The notes below the pieces were generated by a model. That model did no database searches. It was not told the origin of the DNA and saw nothing but the letters and a program-made list of their open reading frames with translations. Made by a program: the position numbers and the translations under genes. DNA of 60,954 nucleotides from a virus (lineage: Duplodnaviria > Caudoviricetes): IMG/VR virus record IMGVR_UViG_3300030708_003161, positions 1-60,954 of that record; one strand, given 5' to 3'. Positions 17,226 through 26,940 of this stretch are shown one piece after another. The first letter of the stretch is position 1, and each line of letters opens with the position of its first letter.

Positions 17226-19586
17226 ATGGCAGAAGCTACAGGATATACAACTCAATTTCCCAGCCAATCGGTTGATGACGCTACAAAAGCTAGTGAAAAG
17301 TACGGATTGGAAGTGGCAAGAGGTATAAAAAATGAGTGGTTTAGAAAAAGTGCCGGTACGGGTAGGTTTCTTCAAAACCAACGAGAGTTCCATAGACTAA
17401 AATTATATGCTAGAGGTGAACAGTCAATACAAAAATATAAAGATGAATTTTCTATAAATGGTGATTTATCATATTTAAATCTTGATTGGAAACCTGTACC
17501 TATAATTCCAAAGTTTGTTGATATAGTTGTAAATGGTATGCAGGATAGATTATTTACAATTAAAGCATTTGCACAAGATCCTTCTTCTACAAAAAAAAGA
17601 ACTGATTTTGTAGAAATGACGCTTGAGGATATGAATACAAAGGATTTTATAAAACAAGTTGAAACAAAGTTAGGTGTAAATATTGAAAACTTTTCAGGTC
17701 AACCTACTCCTGAAAGCGATGAAGAGCTTGAATTACATATGCAAATAGGATACAAACAAGCTATTGAGTTGGCTCATGAGCAAGCTATTGACAATGTATT
17801 TAAAAGAAATCATTATTATGAACTTAAAAAACGTTTAGATTATGACCAAACTGTCCTGGGTATATCTTGTGCTAAGCATACTTTTAATAATACTGACGGT
17901 ATTAAACTCGAATACGTAGATCCTGCTAATTTAATATATTCTTATACGGAAGATCCTAATTTTCAAGATGTATATTATTTTGGTGAAATAAAACAAATAA
18001 AATCTAATGAGCTTAAAAAACAATTTCCTGAATTATCAGATGAAGAGTTTGAAGATTGTGTAAGAAGATCTAGTAAGATTAATCAATATGATTATACAAA
18101 TAATGATTCTAATGATTCATATGATTCCAATACATTAACTGTAATGTATTTTAATTATAAAACATGGGAACAAAGTGTATTTAAAATAAAAGAAACATCC
18201 TCTGGTGCTAAAAAAGCAATTAAAAAAGATGATACTTTTAATCCACCTAAAGATCAAAGAACAAGATTTGAAAGAGTAGCACAAGCAAGAGAAGTTATAT
18301 ATGAAGGTGTTATGGTTTTAGGTGCTAATAAACTTTTAAAATGGCAAAAAGCTGAAAACATGGTTCGTCCTGACTCAAATGTAAATACGGTTATGATGAA
18401 TTATGTTGTTAGTGCGCCTAGATTTTATAAAGGTAAAATTGAAAGCCTAGTTAGCAGAATGGTTACTTATGCTGATTTAATACAATTAACACATTTAAAA
18501 TTACAGCAAGTAATACAAAGAATGACACCATCTGGTGTATTTGTAGATGCTGATGGATTATCTGAAATAGATTTAGGAAATGGTACAAACTATAATCCAC
18601 AAGAAGCATTAAATTTATATTTTCAAACAGGATCTATTATCGGTCGTTCAATGACTGTAGATGGTGACGCAAACCCAGGTAAAGTACCTATTCAAGAACT
18701 ACCAGGAGGTGGGGGTCAGCAATCGGCACTTTTAATACAGTCGTATAATTATTATTTAAATATGATAAGAGATGTGACTGGATTAAATGAAGCAAGAGAT
18801 GGCTCTGATCCAGATCCTCATGCTTTAGTTGGTGTACAAAAATTAGCAGCTGCAAATTCTAATACAGCTACTAGACATATATTACATAGTTCTATGTATA
18901 TAACTAGTGAACTAGCAGAAGCAATATCTATAAGGTTAAAAGATGTATTAGCTTATCATCCTCAAAGAGATATATTTATTAAAAGCTTAGGAAGATTTAC
19001 GGTAGGTGCATTAAAAGAAATAAACAATATACATTTACATGATTTTGGTGTATTTATAGAATTAGATCCTGATGAAGATGAAAAACAATTAGTTGAAAAT
19101 AATATACAACAAGCTTTATCTAAAGATCAAATACAATTAGAAGATGTAATAGATATTAGAGCAATAAAAAATATAAAATTAGCTAATCAATTATTAAAAT
19201 TTAGAAGAGCTAAAAAAGCGGCTGCAGATCAAGTTAAAGCAGAAAGAAATATTGCTGCTCAATCGCAAGCTAATGCTCAGGCTGCACAAGCTGCTGAAAT
19301 GGCAAAAGCTCAAGCTGAAACTGTAAAAGTTGAATCAAAAATGAAGCTTCAAGAAGCACAGAAAAATTTTGATATACAAAAACTTGAAACAGAGGCTAGA
19401 ACAAAAAAAGAGTTAATGCAGTTTGAATTTGATTTAAATATGAAATTAAAGCAAATGGAGTTAGATTCAAAAGAAAAAATGGAGCTTAGTAAACCTGTAC
19501 GAAGTGCAAAACCTTCTAAGCCATTTGAATCTAAAGGTAACGATGTTTTAGGTGGAATCGATCTTTCAAGATTTGAACCTAAATAA
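17226..19586 (+). CDS. Portal protein
   Basis: 786 aa directly after terL; PIIPKFVDIVVNG, IRDVTGLNEARDG, C-terminal coiled coil. Confidence 0.88.
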   Translation: MAEATGYTTQFPSQSVDDATKASEKYGLEVARGIKNEWFRKSAGTGRFLQNQREFHRLKLYARGEQSIQKYKDEFSINGDLSYLNLDWKPVPIIPKFVDIVVNGMQDRLFTIKAFAQDPSSTKKRTDFVEMTLEDMNTKDFIKQVETKLGVNIENFSGQPTPESDEELELHMQIGYKQAIELAHEQAIDNVFKRNHYYELKKRLDYDQTVLGISCAKHTFNNTDGIKLEYVDPANLIYSYTEDPNFQDVYYFGEIKQIKSNELKKQFPELSDEEFEDCVRRSSKINQYDYTNNDSNDSYDSNTLTVMYFNYKTWEQSVFKIKETSSGAKKAIKKDDTFNPPKDQRTRFERVAQAREVIYEGVMVLGANKLLKWQKAENMVRPDSNVNTVMMNYVVSAPRFYKGKIESLVSRMVTYADLIQLTHLKLQQVIQRMTPSGVFVDADGLSEIDLGNGTNYNPQEALNLYFQTGSIIGRSMTVDGDANPGKVPIQELPGGGGQQSALLIQSYNYYLNMIRDVTGLNEARDGSDPDPHALVGVQKLAAANSNTATRHILHSSMYITSELAEAISIRLKDVLAYHPQRDIFIKSLGRFTVGALKEINNIHLHDFGVFIELDPDEDEKQLVENNIQQALSKDQIQLEDVIDIRAIKNIKLANQLLKFRRAKKAAADQVKAERNIAAQSQANAQAAQAAEMAKAQAETVKVESKMKLQEAQKNFDIQKLETEARTKKELMQFEFDLNMKLKQMELDSKEKMELSKPVRSAKPSKPFESKGNDVLGGIDLSRFEPK

Positions 19587-19614
19587 ATTTTAAATTATTA
19601 TATATTATTAAATT

Positions 19615-20898
19615 ATGGAAAAGTGGAAAGTAAAAGGAATCGTCACAGACGAACCAAAATCTAAACAACAAACAGAACAAGCTGTTTTAGATAAAGCTGT
19701 AGAAAAAGGTGAAATTGAACCAGAAGCTGCAGGTAAAAAAGATACCGATGTTATAAAAGTAGATTTAGATAAATTAAAAAATAAAGAAAAAGATGCCGTT
19801 CAGAAGCAAAGCACAAATGAGGTATCTGTACGCGACGGATCCGAAACTAGCAAAGAAGTTCAAAAGGAAAACAAAGAAGAAGTTAAAGAATCTACCGGAG
19901 AAAATAAACAAGAAGAAAACAATAAAAGTAACAAGGAAGAACAAAGGGAAGAAATAGATTCACCTATTGAACTTATACAAGAAGAAGAAAATAAACAGCC
20001 AGAAAAAGTTGAAACTAATCAACCTAAAGTTGATCAACGTTCGGCTGAAGTAAACGAAAAACCTGAACCAAAAGAACCTGAAGTAAATTTACCAGAAAAT
20101 GTTGATAAGCTAGTAAAGTTTATGGATGAAACTGGAGGTTCAATTGAAGATTATGTAGCTCTTAATAAAGATATATCTAGTTTAAAAGACAGTGAATTAT
20201 TAAGAGAATATTATACAAAATCTAAACCATGGGAACAATCTGAAATATCAGAATATATGGAAGATAATTTTTCATATACTGAAGATGATGACCCTAAAGA
20301 AATACGTGCTAAAAAGCGCGCATACAAAGAAGAAATACATAAAGCTCGACAGTTTTTTACTGTTAATAGGGATAAATATTATGCTGACATCAAGTTGAAG
20401 AAGCAAACTGAAATACCTGAACAATATAAAAATGCTTTGAAGTTTTATGAAGATTCAAAAAGGAACGAAGAAATAAACAAAGAAATAACAAATAAATTTT
20501 TACAGAGAACAGAAAATGTTTTTGGTAATGACTTTAAAGGATTTGATTTCCAAGTTGGAAATAATAAATATAGATATAAAGTTAATAATGTTACAGAAAC
20601 AAAAAATGCTCAATCTAATCTTGCAAATTTTGTAAATCAATTTTTAAATGATAAAGGAGATTTAGAAAATGCAAATGGTTATCATAAAGCTTTATTTACT
20701 GCAAGAAATGCAGATAAAATAGCTCAGCATTTTTATGAGCAGGGCCGTGCCGATGCTTTACAACAAAGTGCAAAAGAAGCTAAAAATATAAATATGGAAC
20801 CAAGGAAAGAAGGATTTATTGAAACTAAATCCGGACAAAAATTTAGAGTTGTTTCAGGTAATTCTAGTTCAAAACTTAGAGTTAAACTTAAACAATAA
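19615..20898 (+). CDS. Capsid scaffolding protein (putative)
   Basis: E/K-rich disordered N-terminal half, HFYEQG motif; lies between portal and capsid genes. Confidence 0.7.
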   Translation: MEKWKVKGIVTDEPKSKQQTEQAVLDKAVEKGEIEPEAAGKKDTDVIKVDLDKLKNKEKDAVQKQSTNEVSVRDGSETSKEVQKENKEEVKESTGENKQEENNKSNKEEQREEIDSPIELIQEEENKQPEKVETNQPKVDQRSAEVNEKPEPKEPEVNLPENVDKLVKFMDETGGSIEDYVALNKDISSLKDSELLREYYTKSKPWEQSEISEYMEDNFSYTEDDDPKEIRAKKRAYKEEIHKARQFFTVNRDKYYADIKLKKQTEIPEQYKNALKFYEDSKRNEEINKEITNKFLQRTENVFGNDFKGFDFQVGNNKYRYKVNNVTETKNAQSNLANFVNQFLNDKGDLENANGYHKALFTARNADKIAQHFYEQGRADALQQSAKEAKNINMEPRKEGFIETKSGQKFRVVSGNSSSKLRVKLKQ

Positions 20899-20911
20899 AA
20901 ATTTATAAAAA

Positions 20912-22333
20912 ATGTCATTAACTGGAATAGAACATTTGACGCCTTCGCCTAGCAAAGGCCAATTGTTTCAAGGTAATTATATTACCAATTTTGATTTTAC
21001 AAACCAGTTCTTACCTGATGTTTATGAAAAGCAAGCTGAAATTTATGGAAACAGATCTATTGGTGGTTTCTTAAAATTAGTATCTGCAGAGATGCCTTCA
21101 GCTTCTGATGAAATAAGATGGGTAGAACAAGGTAGATTACATGTAGCCTATGATAATGTAGCTATAGGTAATAACAACGTATTTACAGTAACTTTAGCAG
21201 CTAATCCTGATGGAACTGCTCATGCTGCTTCTGCTGCTGCTGCAATAAGAGTGGGCCAAACTATTATGGTTCAAGGAATTAATAGTTCAGGAGTCGGAAT
21301 AACACCGGTTTTAAGAGGTGTTGTAACTGTCGCTGGAGCTGCCGCTTCAGGTGATACAACAACATTCACAGCGCCGTGTTTAGAAGCTGCAGACTGGACA
21401 GGTATCACAGGTGTATCTGGATATACTAAATCTAAAATATTAGTATACGGTTCTGAATTTGCAAAAGGTACAGATGGAATGGCTGGATCACTTGATGCTA
21501 GTTATTCTTCTTATACTAATAAACCAATGATACTAAAAGATAATTATCAAATTAATGGTTCTGATACTGCACAAATAGGATGGATTGAAGTTACTTCTGA
21601 AAATGGAGCTTCAGGATATTTATGGTATTTACAATCTGAGCACGAAACTCGTCAAAGATTTGAAGATTACTTAGAAATGTCTATGATTGAAGCTGTTAAA
21701 AGTACGCAATCTGCATCGCCCGCTGGTGGTACAGAAGGTTTATTTGCTGCTTTAACAGGTAGAGGTAATGTTTATACAGATCTTTCTGGAGATTTAGCTA
21801 CAAATATGACTGGCTTTGATAATATATTAAAGCAATTAGACAAAAACGGAGCTATTGAAGAAAACATGCTTTATATTGATAAAACATTATCTTTAGCTAT
21901 TGACGATGCTCTCGCTGCTAAGAACTCTTATGGAACTGGCGGTACTTCTTATGGTGTATTTAACAACAGCGAAGAAATGGCTTTAAATTTAGGATTCTCA
22001 GGATTTAGAAGAGGTGGATATGACTTCTATAAAACGGACTGGAAATATTTAAATGACTTTGGAACAAGAGGTCAATTTAATGATGTTGAAGGTGTTATAA
22101 TTCCTGCTGGAACTTCTACAGTTTACGATCAAGAATTAGGTCAAAATATTAAAAGACCATTCTTACACGTAAGATATAGAGCTTCTGAAACTGATGATAG
22201 AAAAATGAAAACTTGGATTACAGGTTCTGTAGGTGGTTCTTATACTACTACTACAGATGAAATGCGAGTTTCATTTTTATCTGAAAGATGTTTAATAGTA
22301 CAAGGTGCTAATAACTTTGTTTTATTAAAATAA
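20912..22333 (+). CDS. Major capsid protein
   Basis: QFLPDVYEK..E.YGNR, WVEQGRLH, LNLGFSGFRRG; followed by a terminator. Confidence 0.88.
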   Translation: MSLTGIEHLTPSPSKGQLFQGNYITNFDFTNQFLPDVYEKQAEIYGNRSIGGFLKLVSAEMPSASDEIRWVEQGRLHVAYDNVAIGNNNVFTVTLAANPDGTAHAASAAAAIRVGQTIMVQGINSSGVGITPVLRGVVTVAGAAASGDTTTFTAPCLEAADWTGITGVSGYTKSKILVYGSEFAKGTDGMAGSLDASYSSYTNKPMILKDNYQINGSDTAQIGWIEVTSENGASGYLWYLQSEHETRQRFEDYLEMSMIEAVKSTQSASPAGGTEGLFAALTGRGNVYTDLSGDLATNMTGFDNILKQLDKNGAIEENMLYIDKTLSLAIDDALAAKNSYGTGGTSYGVFNNSEEMALNLGFSGFRRGGYDFYKTDWKYLNDFGTRGQFNDVEGVIIPAGTSTVYDQELGQNIKRPFLHVRYRASETDDRKMKTWITGSVGGSYTTTTDEMRVSFLSERCLIVQGANNFVLLK

Positions 22334-22346
22334 TTATTTTTAACGT

Positions 22347-22390
22347 AAAGATGGGGTGTCTTAACAGGCACCTCAATCTTTATTTATTTT
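22347..22390 (+). terminator. Rho-independent terminator after the capsid gene
   Basis: aaagatggggtgtc-ttaaca-ggcacctcaatcttt followed by a T-rich tail. Confidence 0.75.
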
Positions 22391-22405
22391 ATTAAATTAT
22401 ATATT

Positions 22406-23125
22406 ATGGAAAAATGGGAACTAAAGGAAAGAACATATAAATTAAAAAATATGTCTCCTTTAACATACAAAATAAAAAGCTCTGGAATGCTTTGGTTTGA
22501 TGAAGACAAAGGTATAAACAGAGAAATTAGATATGCAAATAATCAAAAAAGTTTATTTGTAGAAGAGCAAGACAAATATGCACAACTACAACATGTAGTA
22601 TTTGAAGATGGCACACTCGTTGTTCCAAGAGAAAATCCTTTATTACAACAACTTTTATCTATATATCATCCCGATAAACATTTATGGGAAGAACTAGATG
22701 CAGTTCAAGAAGCTAAAGACGATATTGATATAATTGAACAAGAAATTGAAGCACAACGATTAGTTCAAGAATTAGAAATAGAACATTTAGAGGCTATACT
22801 TAGAACAGAAGTTGGTTCAGATGTAGTTAAAATGTCTACAAAAGAAATAAAAAGAGATTGTTATTTATTTGCAAAAAATAATCCTGAGTTATTTATTGAA
22901 GTTGCTAATGATGAAGATATAAAACTTAGAAACCTTGCAAATAGAGCTGTAGAATCACATTTAGTAAATTTAACTGATGATAATACAGTATTTAAATGGG
23001 CTAAAAATGGTAAAACAATAATGAAAGTACCATTTGATGAACATCCTTATACAGCGTTTGCTCGTTTCCTTAAAACAGATAAAGGAGTAGACGTTATGAA
23101 AGCTATACAAAAAAAGCTTTCGTAA
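22406..23125 (+). CDS. Conserved hypothetical protein (post-capsid)
   Basis: 239-aa ORF in the structural operon. Confidence 0.8.
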   Translation: MEKWELKERTYKLKNMSPLTYKIKSSGMLWFDEDKGINREIRYANNQKSLFVEEQDKYAQLQHVVFEDGTLVVPRENPLLQQLLSIYHPDKHLWEELDAVQEAKDDIDIIEQEIEAQRLVQELEIEHLEAILRTEVGSDVVKMSTKEIKRDCYLFAKNNPELFIEVANDEDIKLRNLANRAVESHLVNLTDDNTVFKWAKNGKTIMKVPFDEHPYTAFARFLKTDKGVDVMKAIQKKLS

Positions 23126-23131
23126 AACACC

Positions 23132-23161
23132 TGGCTATGGTTATTCGCTTAGCCATAGCTA
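23132..23161 (+). other. Intergenic RNA hairpin without U-tract
   Basis: tggctatggtta-ttcgct-tagccatagcta; G.U pairs favour the + strand. Confidence 0.6.
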
Positions 23162-23180
23162 ACTAATTAATAAATAAATA

Positions 23181-23897
23181 ATGGTACTTACAGATAGTGT
23201 TTATAAAACAGTATTAAATATACTAAATAAAGAAAATAGAGGTTATGTAACGCCGGCTGAGTTTAATACTTTAGCTAAGCAGGCACAGAATGAAATATTT
23301 GAAGGTTACTTTTCTTCAAGAAACTATGCTATAACAAATTCTTCTGATTATTCTGATATAAGAAAAAACATAGAAGAAAAAATAGCTTTATTTGAAAATG
23401 AAGAAACAATATCTTCAGCAAGCTTTACAAATGCCGCTGGTAATACAACCACTAGTTACTATGCTTACCCAGATAATTTTTATAGGCTTAGTAGTGTATT
23501 TCATGTATTAAATTCTGTAAATATACCTATACAAGAAACAACTAATAAATTATTAAATGTTTTAAATAGGTCACCATTAGCAAAACCAACAACTACGTCA
23601 CCAGTATATGTGTTACATGAAAATGGTTTAGTTGTAAATCCTACATCAGGTATATCAAGTATAACAATTAATTATATAAGAAAACCAAATGACCCTAATT
23701 GGGTTGGTGGTACTGCAGCAGGACAAATTGTTGCAAATACATCGGATGCTAATTATAAAAATTTTGAATTACATCCATCTGAGTTTCATGAACTAGTTAT
23801 TAAAATACTTGCTTATGCAGGAGTTATTATAAGAGCTGCAGATATAACACAAGTAGCCGCTGCAAAAGAACAACAAATAATTCAAGCTGAAAGATAA
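23181..23897 (+). CDS. Head-tail connector / tail ring protein
   Basis: LNKENRGYVTPAEFN, YIRKPNDPNW, FELHPSE; position after the capsid genes. Confidence 0.7.
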   Translation: MVLTDSVYKTVLNILNKENRGYVTPAEFNTLAKQAQNEIFEGYFSSRNYAITNSSDYSDIRKNIEEKIALFENEETISSASFTNAAGNTTTSYYAYPDNFYRLSSVFHVLNSVNIPIQETTNKLLNVLNRSPLAKPTTTSPVYVLHENGLVVNPTSGISSITINYIRKPNDPNWVGGTAAGQIVANTSDANYKNFELHPSEFHELVIKILAYAGVIIRAADITQVAAAKEQQIIQAER

Positions 23898-24847
23898 TGG
23901 CAGAAACTAGAAAACAATATACTGAACAACAGTATTATGCACAACATCAAAGCGATAGTAGTAATATACCTTCTGATTTTAAAGGATTAGGATATTATAG
24001 TAGAACTAGTTTAGAAGATATAATTAATAACTTTATAATTGCTTATATAGGTGAAGATAAAGCTTTACCTAAAATACCAAGATATGAATTAGACTTCTGG
24101 GCCCAAAGAGCAATGCAGGAATTTAGTTATGATGTATTGCATTCTGAAAAAAGTATTGAATTAGATTTAGGTGATTCTTTACAATTTCCCTTACCACAAG
24201 ACTATGTAAACTATATTAAAATATCTTGTGTTGGAGTAGATGGTATGAAAAAAGTATTATTACCACAAAGAAGAACAGGAGATCCTACCGCACCTATACA
24301 AGATAATAATAGTAATATTACATTTGATAGTAATGGTGCAATAGTTACAGCGTCTAAATCAACTTTAGCAACGCGGTTTCAAGATGCTAGTAATAGTGCA
24401 AATACGTTACAATCTGCACAGGATTATTATTATTCAAATTATAATAATGATAATTTTTCATATTTTAATAAAAGATATGGTGGTGTACCAGAAGATATGA
24501 ATGCTGCTGGAACTTATTTTATAGACCATGCTAAAGGGTTAATATTTTTTGATGGGTCATTTGCAAATAGAAATGAAGATATAGTTGTATTAGATTATAT
24601 AAGTGATGGTTTAGATAATAATGCAGATTTAAGTAAAGTATATATGCCTAAACTTGCTGAGGATGCAACATATGCATATATGTTATACAACTTAGCTAAA
24701 GTAAGACCTTCAAGTGCTGCTTTAGTTCCTTTGTATAAAAAAGAAGCAACAGCAAAGTTAAAAAATACTAAAATAAGATTAAGTAATTATAAATTAGAAG
24801 AGCTTGCTCAAATACTAAGAGGTAAAAGTAAGTGGATTAAACACTAA
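23897..24847 (+). CDS. Tail ring/tube protein
   Basis: LPQDYVNYIK, LDYISDGL, RGKSKWIKH end. Confidence 0.7.
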   Translation: MAETRKQYTEQQYYAQHQSDSSNIPSDFKGLGYYSRTSLEDIINNFIIAYIGEDKALPKIPRYELDFWAQRAMQEFSYDVLHSEKSIELDLGDSLQFPLPQDYVNYIKISCVGVDGMKKVLLPQRRTGDPTAPIQDNNSNITFDSNGAIVTASKSTLATRFQDASNSANTLQSAQDYYYSNYNNDNFSYFNKRYGGVPEDMNAAGTYFIDHAKGLIFFDGSFANRNEDIVVLDYISDGLDNNADLSKVYMPKLAEDATYAYMLYNLAKVRPSSAALVPLYKKEATAKLKNTKIRLSNYKLEELAQILRGKSKWIKH

Positions 24848-24853
24848 AATTAA

Positions 24854-26683
24854 ATGGCACAAAGTAAAAGAACTTTTAATCAAGCTAAACTTGAAAGAGA
24901 TTTAGATGACAGAATAGTTCCTCAGGGTACCTATAGAGATGCTTTAAATATAAGTATAGATACTTCAGAAGATGCAAATGTTGGTGTAATAGAAAATATG
25001 AAAGGCAACGAGCTTATTGCTAATCAAGATATATTAGGATTAAGTTCATCATCAAATCCAAATGCAAAAGTTATTGGTAGTTATGCACATCCAGAAGAAA
25101 GTAAAATTTATTATTTTGTTACAGGAGATAATACCGATGGTATTTTTGAATATGATATTACAAATAATGCAATTAATACTTTATTATTAGATTCAACAAA
25201 ACCTATTGTTTCTAAAAAAACAACATTTACTTTTGCAATGGCTGGTGTAACAGGTAGTATATCCCAAAATGGTGTAATTAATGTTTCAGCTAATAGAGGT
25301 TCCGCTGTTTCACAAACACCTAGATTTGCAGCTAATACATCAGGGTCAGCTAAAACATTAACTATAAATGTAAAAGTAAGAGTACCAAAAGGTTATGCAA
25401 ATTATAAAACTTCAGGTGCTTTTGTTATGGGTGTTATTACAGCAACCCAACCATCACTTACAGCTCCAACCCCAACAACAGCAGCAGCCACTAATGTTTC
25501 ACTAACTACAGCTACCCTAAATGGAGAATTAGATAATGACGATGTTAATGTAACTAGTCAAGGTTTCTTTTTTGGTTATAAGTCAGCAAGTAACGAGGCT
25601 TTAACTGTTTCTGAATTAACAAATGGTGGAAGCGGAATAGTTAGAAGTACAGTAACATCAACAGGTGTTAATAATGATTTTAATAAAGATGTAACAGGAA
25701 TTCCTAATAATAAATTAGTTAGCTTTGTAGCAACTGCAACTAACAGTGTTGGGCAAGGTATTGCAACAAATGTTCTTACATTTACAACATCACCAGCTCC
25801 AACAAACCCACCGGCAAATAGACCTCACGCAAATAGATTATATATTCATCCTGTTATAGGGCCTAATTTAGGTACTGGTAATACTCCTAATGATTCTCAA
25901 CAAGTAGGGTATGGCGATATTATAAAATCAGACAATAGAATTTATTTTACAGTTTTTGGTTTTAATGCTTCAACAGGGGTATATACAGATCAAGCTGTTA
26001 TAATGGATAATACACCAGCTACTGGTACTATTAATGATCGAATTCAAGTAACATCAAGTACTTCTGGTCCAGCTACATTAACATTATCAAATAGTAATTC
26101 TTTTGCAGTTACTACTGGTGATGTTAGATTTGGCGGATTTAATTCTGCTGCTTTAGGATCTCAAACAGCTGGTATGTATACAATTACAGTAACAGGGAAG
26201 TCAGGTGGTCATGTAGCAAACTTTACACCTGCCACATTGCAACTTAAAATTGGTTCTCCTAGTGCTACAACTTTTAAATCAACAATACAACCTGCTTTTG
26301 CTAAAACGGGTACAGGCACAACTCCATTTTTAGCTAGTGCAGCTATAGGAGCGCTTGCTTATAATGAAGGAGGTTCAAGAACATCTTTTTCAAATATAGG
26401 AATAGGACCTATGGAGTCTGGTAATAAAGGAATAGCTATTATACCTTTTGCAAATACAGCAAATGCAACTGGTATTGATAATTTTCCTAGTTTTGATGCT
26501 ACAAAAGTTGCTGTTTCTATATCAGGTAAAACAGCAGGAACTCATTATGATTATTATGTTTTTGATGGAGGGCCAGCTGTATTTGGAGGCGCTCCTGCTA
26601 TAATGATAGAAGCAGATCCTAATGTTTTAAATGGTGGAACAACTTCAGTTACGCATACAGTAACTATAACTTATAATTATTAA
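24854..26683 (+). CDS. Tail stabilisation/muzzle protein part 1, with Ig/FN3-like extension
   Basis: N-terminus KLERDLDDRIVPQGTYRDALNI...GVIENMKGN is the usual muzzle start; T/S/G-rich extension after about aa 115. Confidence 0.72.
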   Translation: MAQSKRTFNQAKLERDLDDRIVPQGTYRDALNISIDTSEDANVGVIENMKGNELIANQDILGLSSSSNPNAKVIGSYAHPEESKIYYFVTGDNTDGIFEYDITNNAINTLLLDSTKPIVSKKTTFTFAMAGVTGSISQNGVINVSANRGSAVSQTPRFAANTSGSAKTLTINVKVRVPKGYANYKTSGAFVMGVITATQPSLTAPTPTTAAATNVSLTTATLNGELDNDDVNVTSQGFFFGYKSASNEALTVSELTNGGSGIVRSTVTSTGVNNDFNKDVTGIPNNKLVSFVATATNSVGQGIATNVLTFTTSPAPTNPPANRPHANRLYIHPVIGPNLGTGNTPNDSQQVGYGDIIKSDNRIYFTVFGFNASTGVYTDQAVIMDNTPATGTINDRIQVTSSTSGPATLTLSNSNSFAVTTGDVRFGGFNSAALGSQTAGMYTITVTGKSGGHVANFTPATLQLKIGSPSATTFKSTIQPAFAKTGTGTTPFLASAAIGALAYNEGGSRTSFSNIGIGPMESGNKGIAIIPFANTANATGIDNFPSFDATKVAVSISGKTAGTHYDYYVFDGGPAVFGGAPAIMIEADPNVLNGGTTSVTHTVTITYNY

Positions 26684-26684
26684 T

Positions 26685-26939
26685 ATGGCAACAAAAATAT
26701 TAAGGCATGAATCGGTTTTTTTCAATGAAGAATCTTTTACGCCCTCTGTAAATATTAAAATAAATAAAGTAACAAACAGCTATAAACTTCCTATAAATTT
26801 TGAAGAAGGTGATACTATAAATGCTGGTACAGAATTAATAATTAAAGAAATGAAACTTAATTTTTTAGAAGATCTTGAATTAATAAACGGAGTTAGAGAT
26901 ACTGATCCCAAAGTTATAATAGAATATACAGAAATATAA
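26685..26939 (+). CDS. Small hypothetical protein within the muzzle cluster
   Basis: 84-aa ORF with 1-nt spacers on both sides. Confidence 0.6.
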   Translation: MATKILRHESVFFNEESFTPSVNIKINKVTNSYKLPINFEEGDTINAGTELIIKEMKLNFLEDLELINGVRDTDPKVIIEYTEI

Positions 26940-26940
26940 T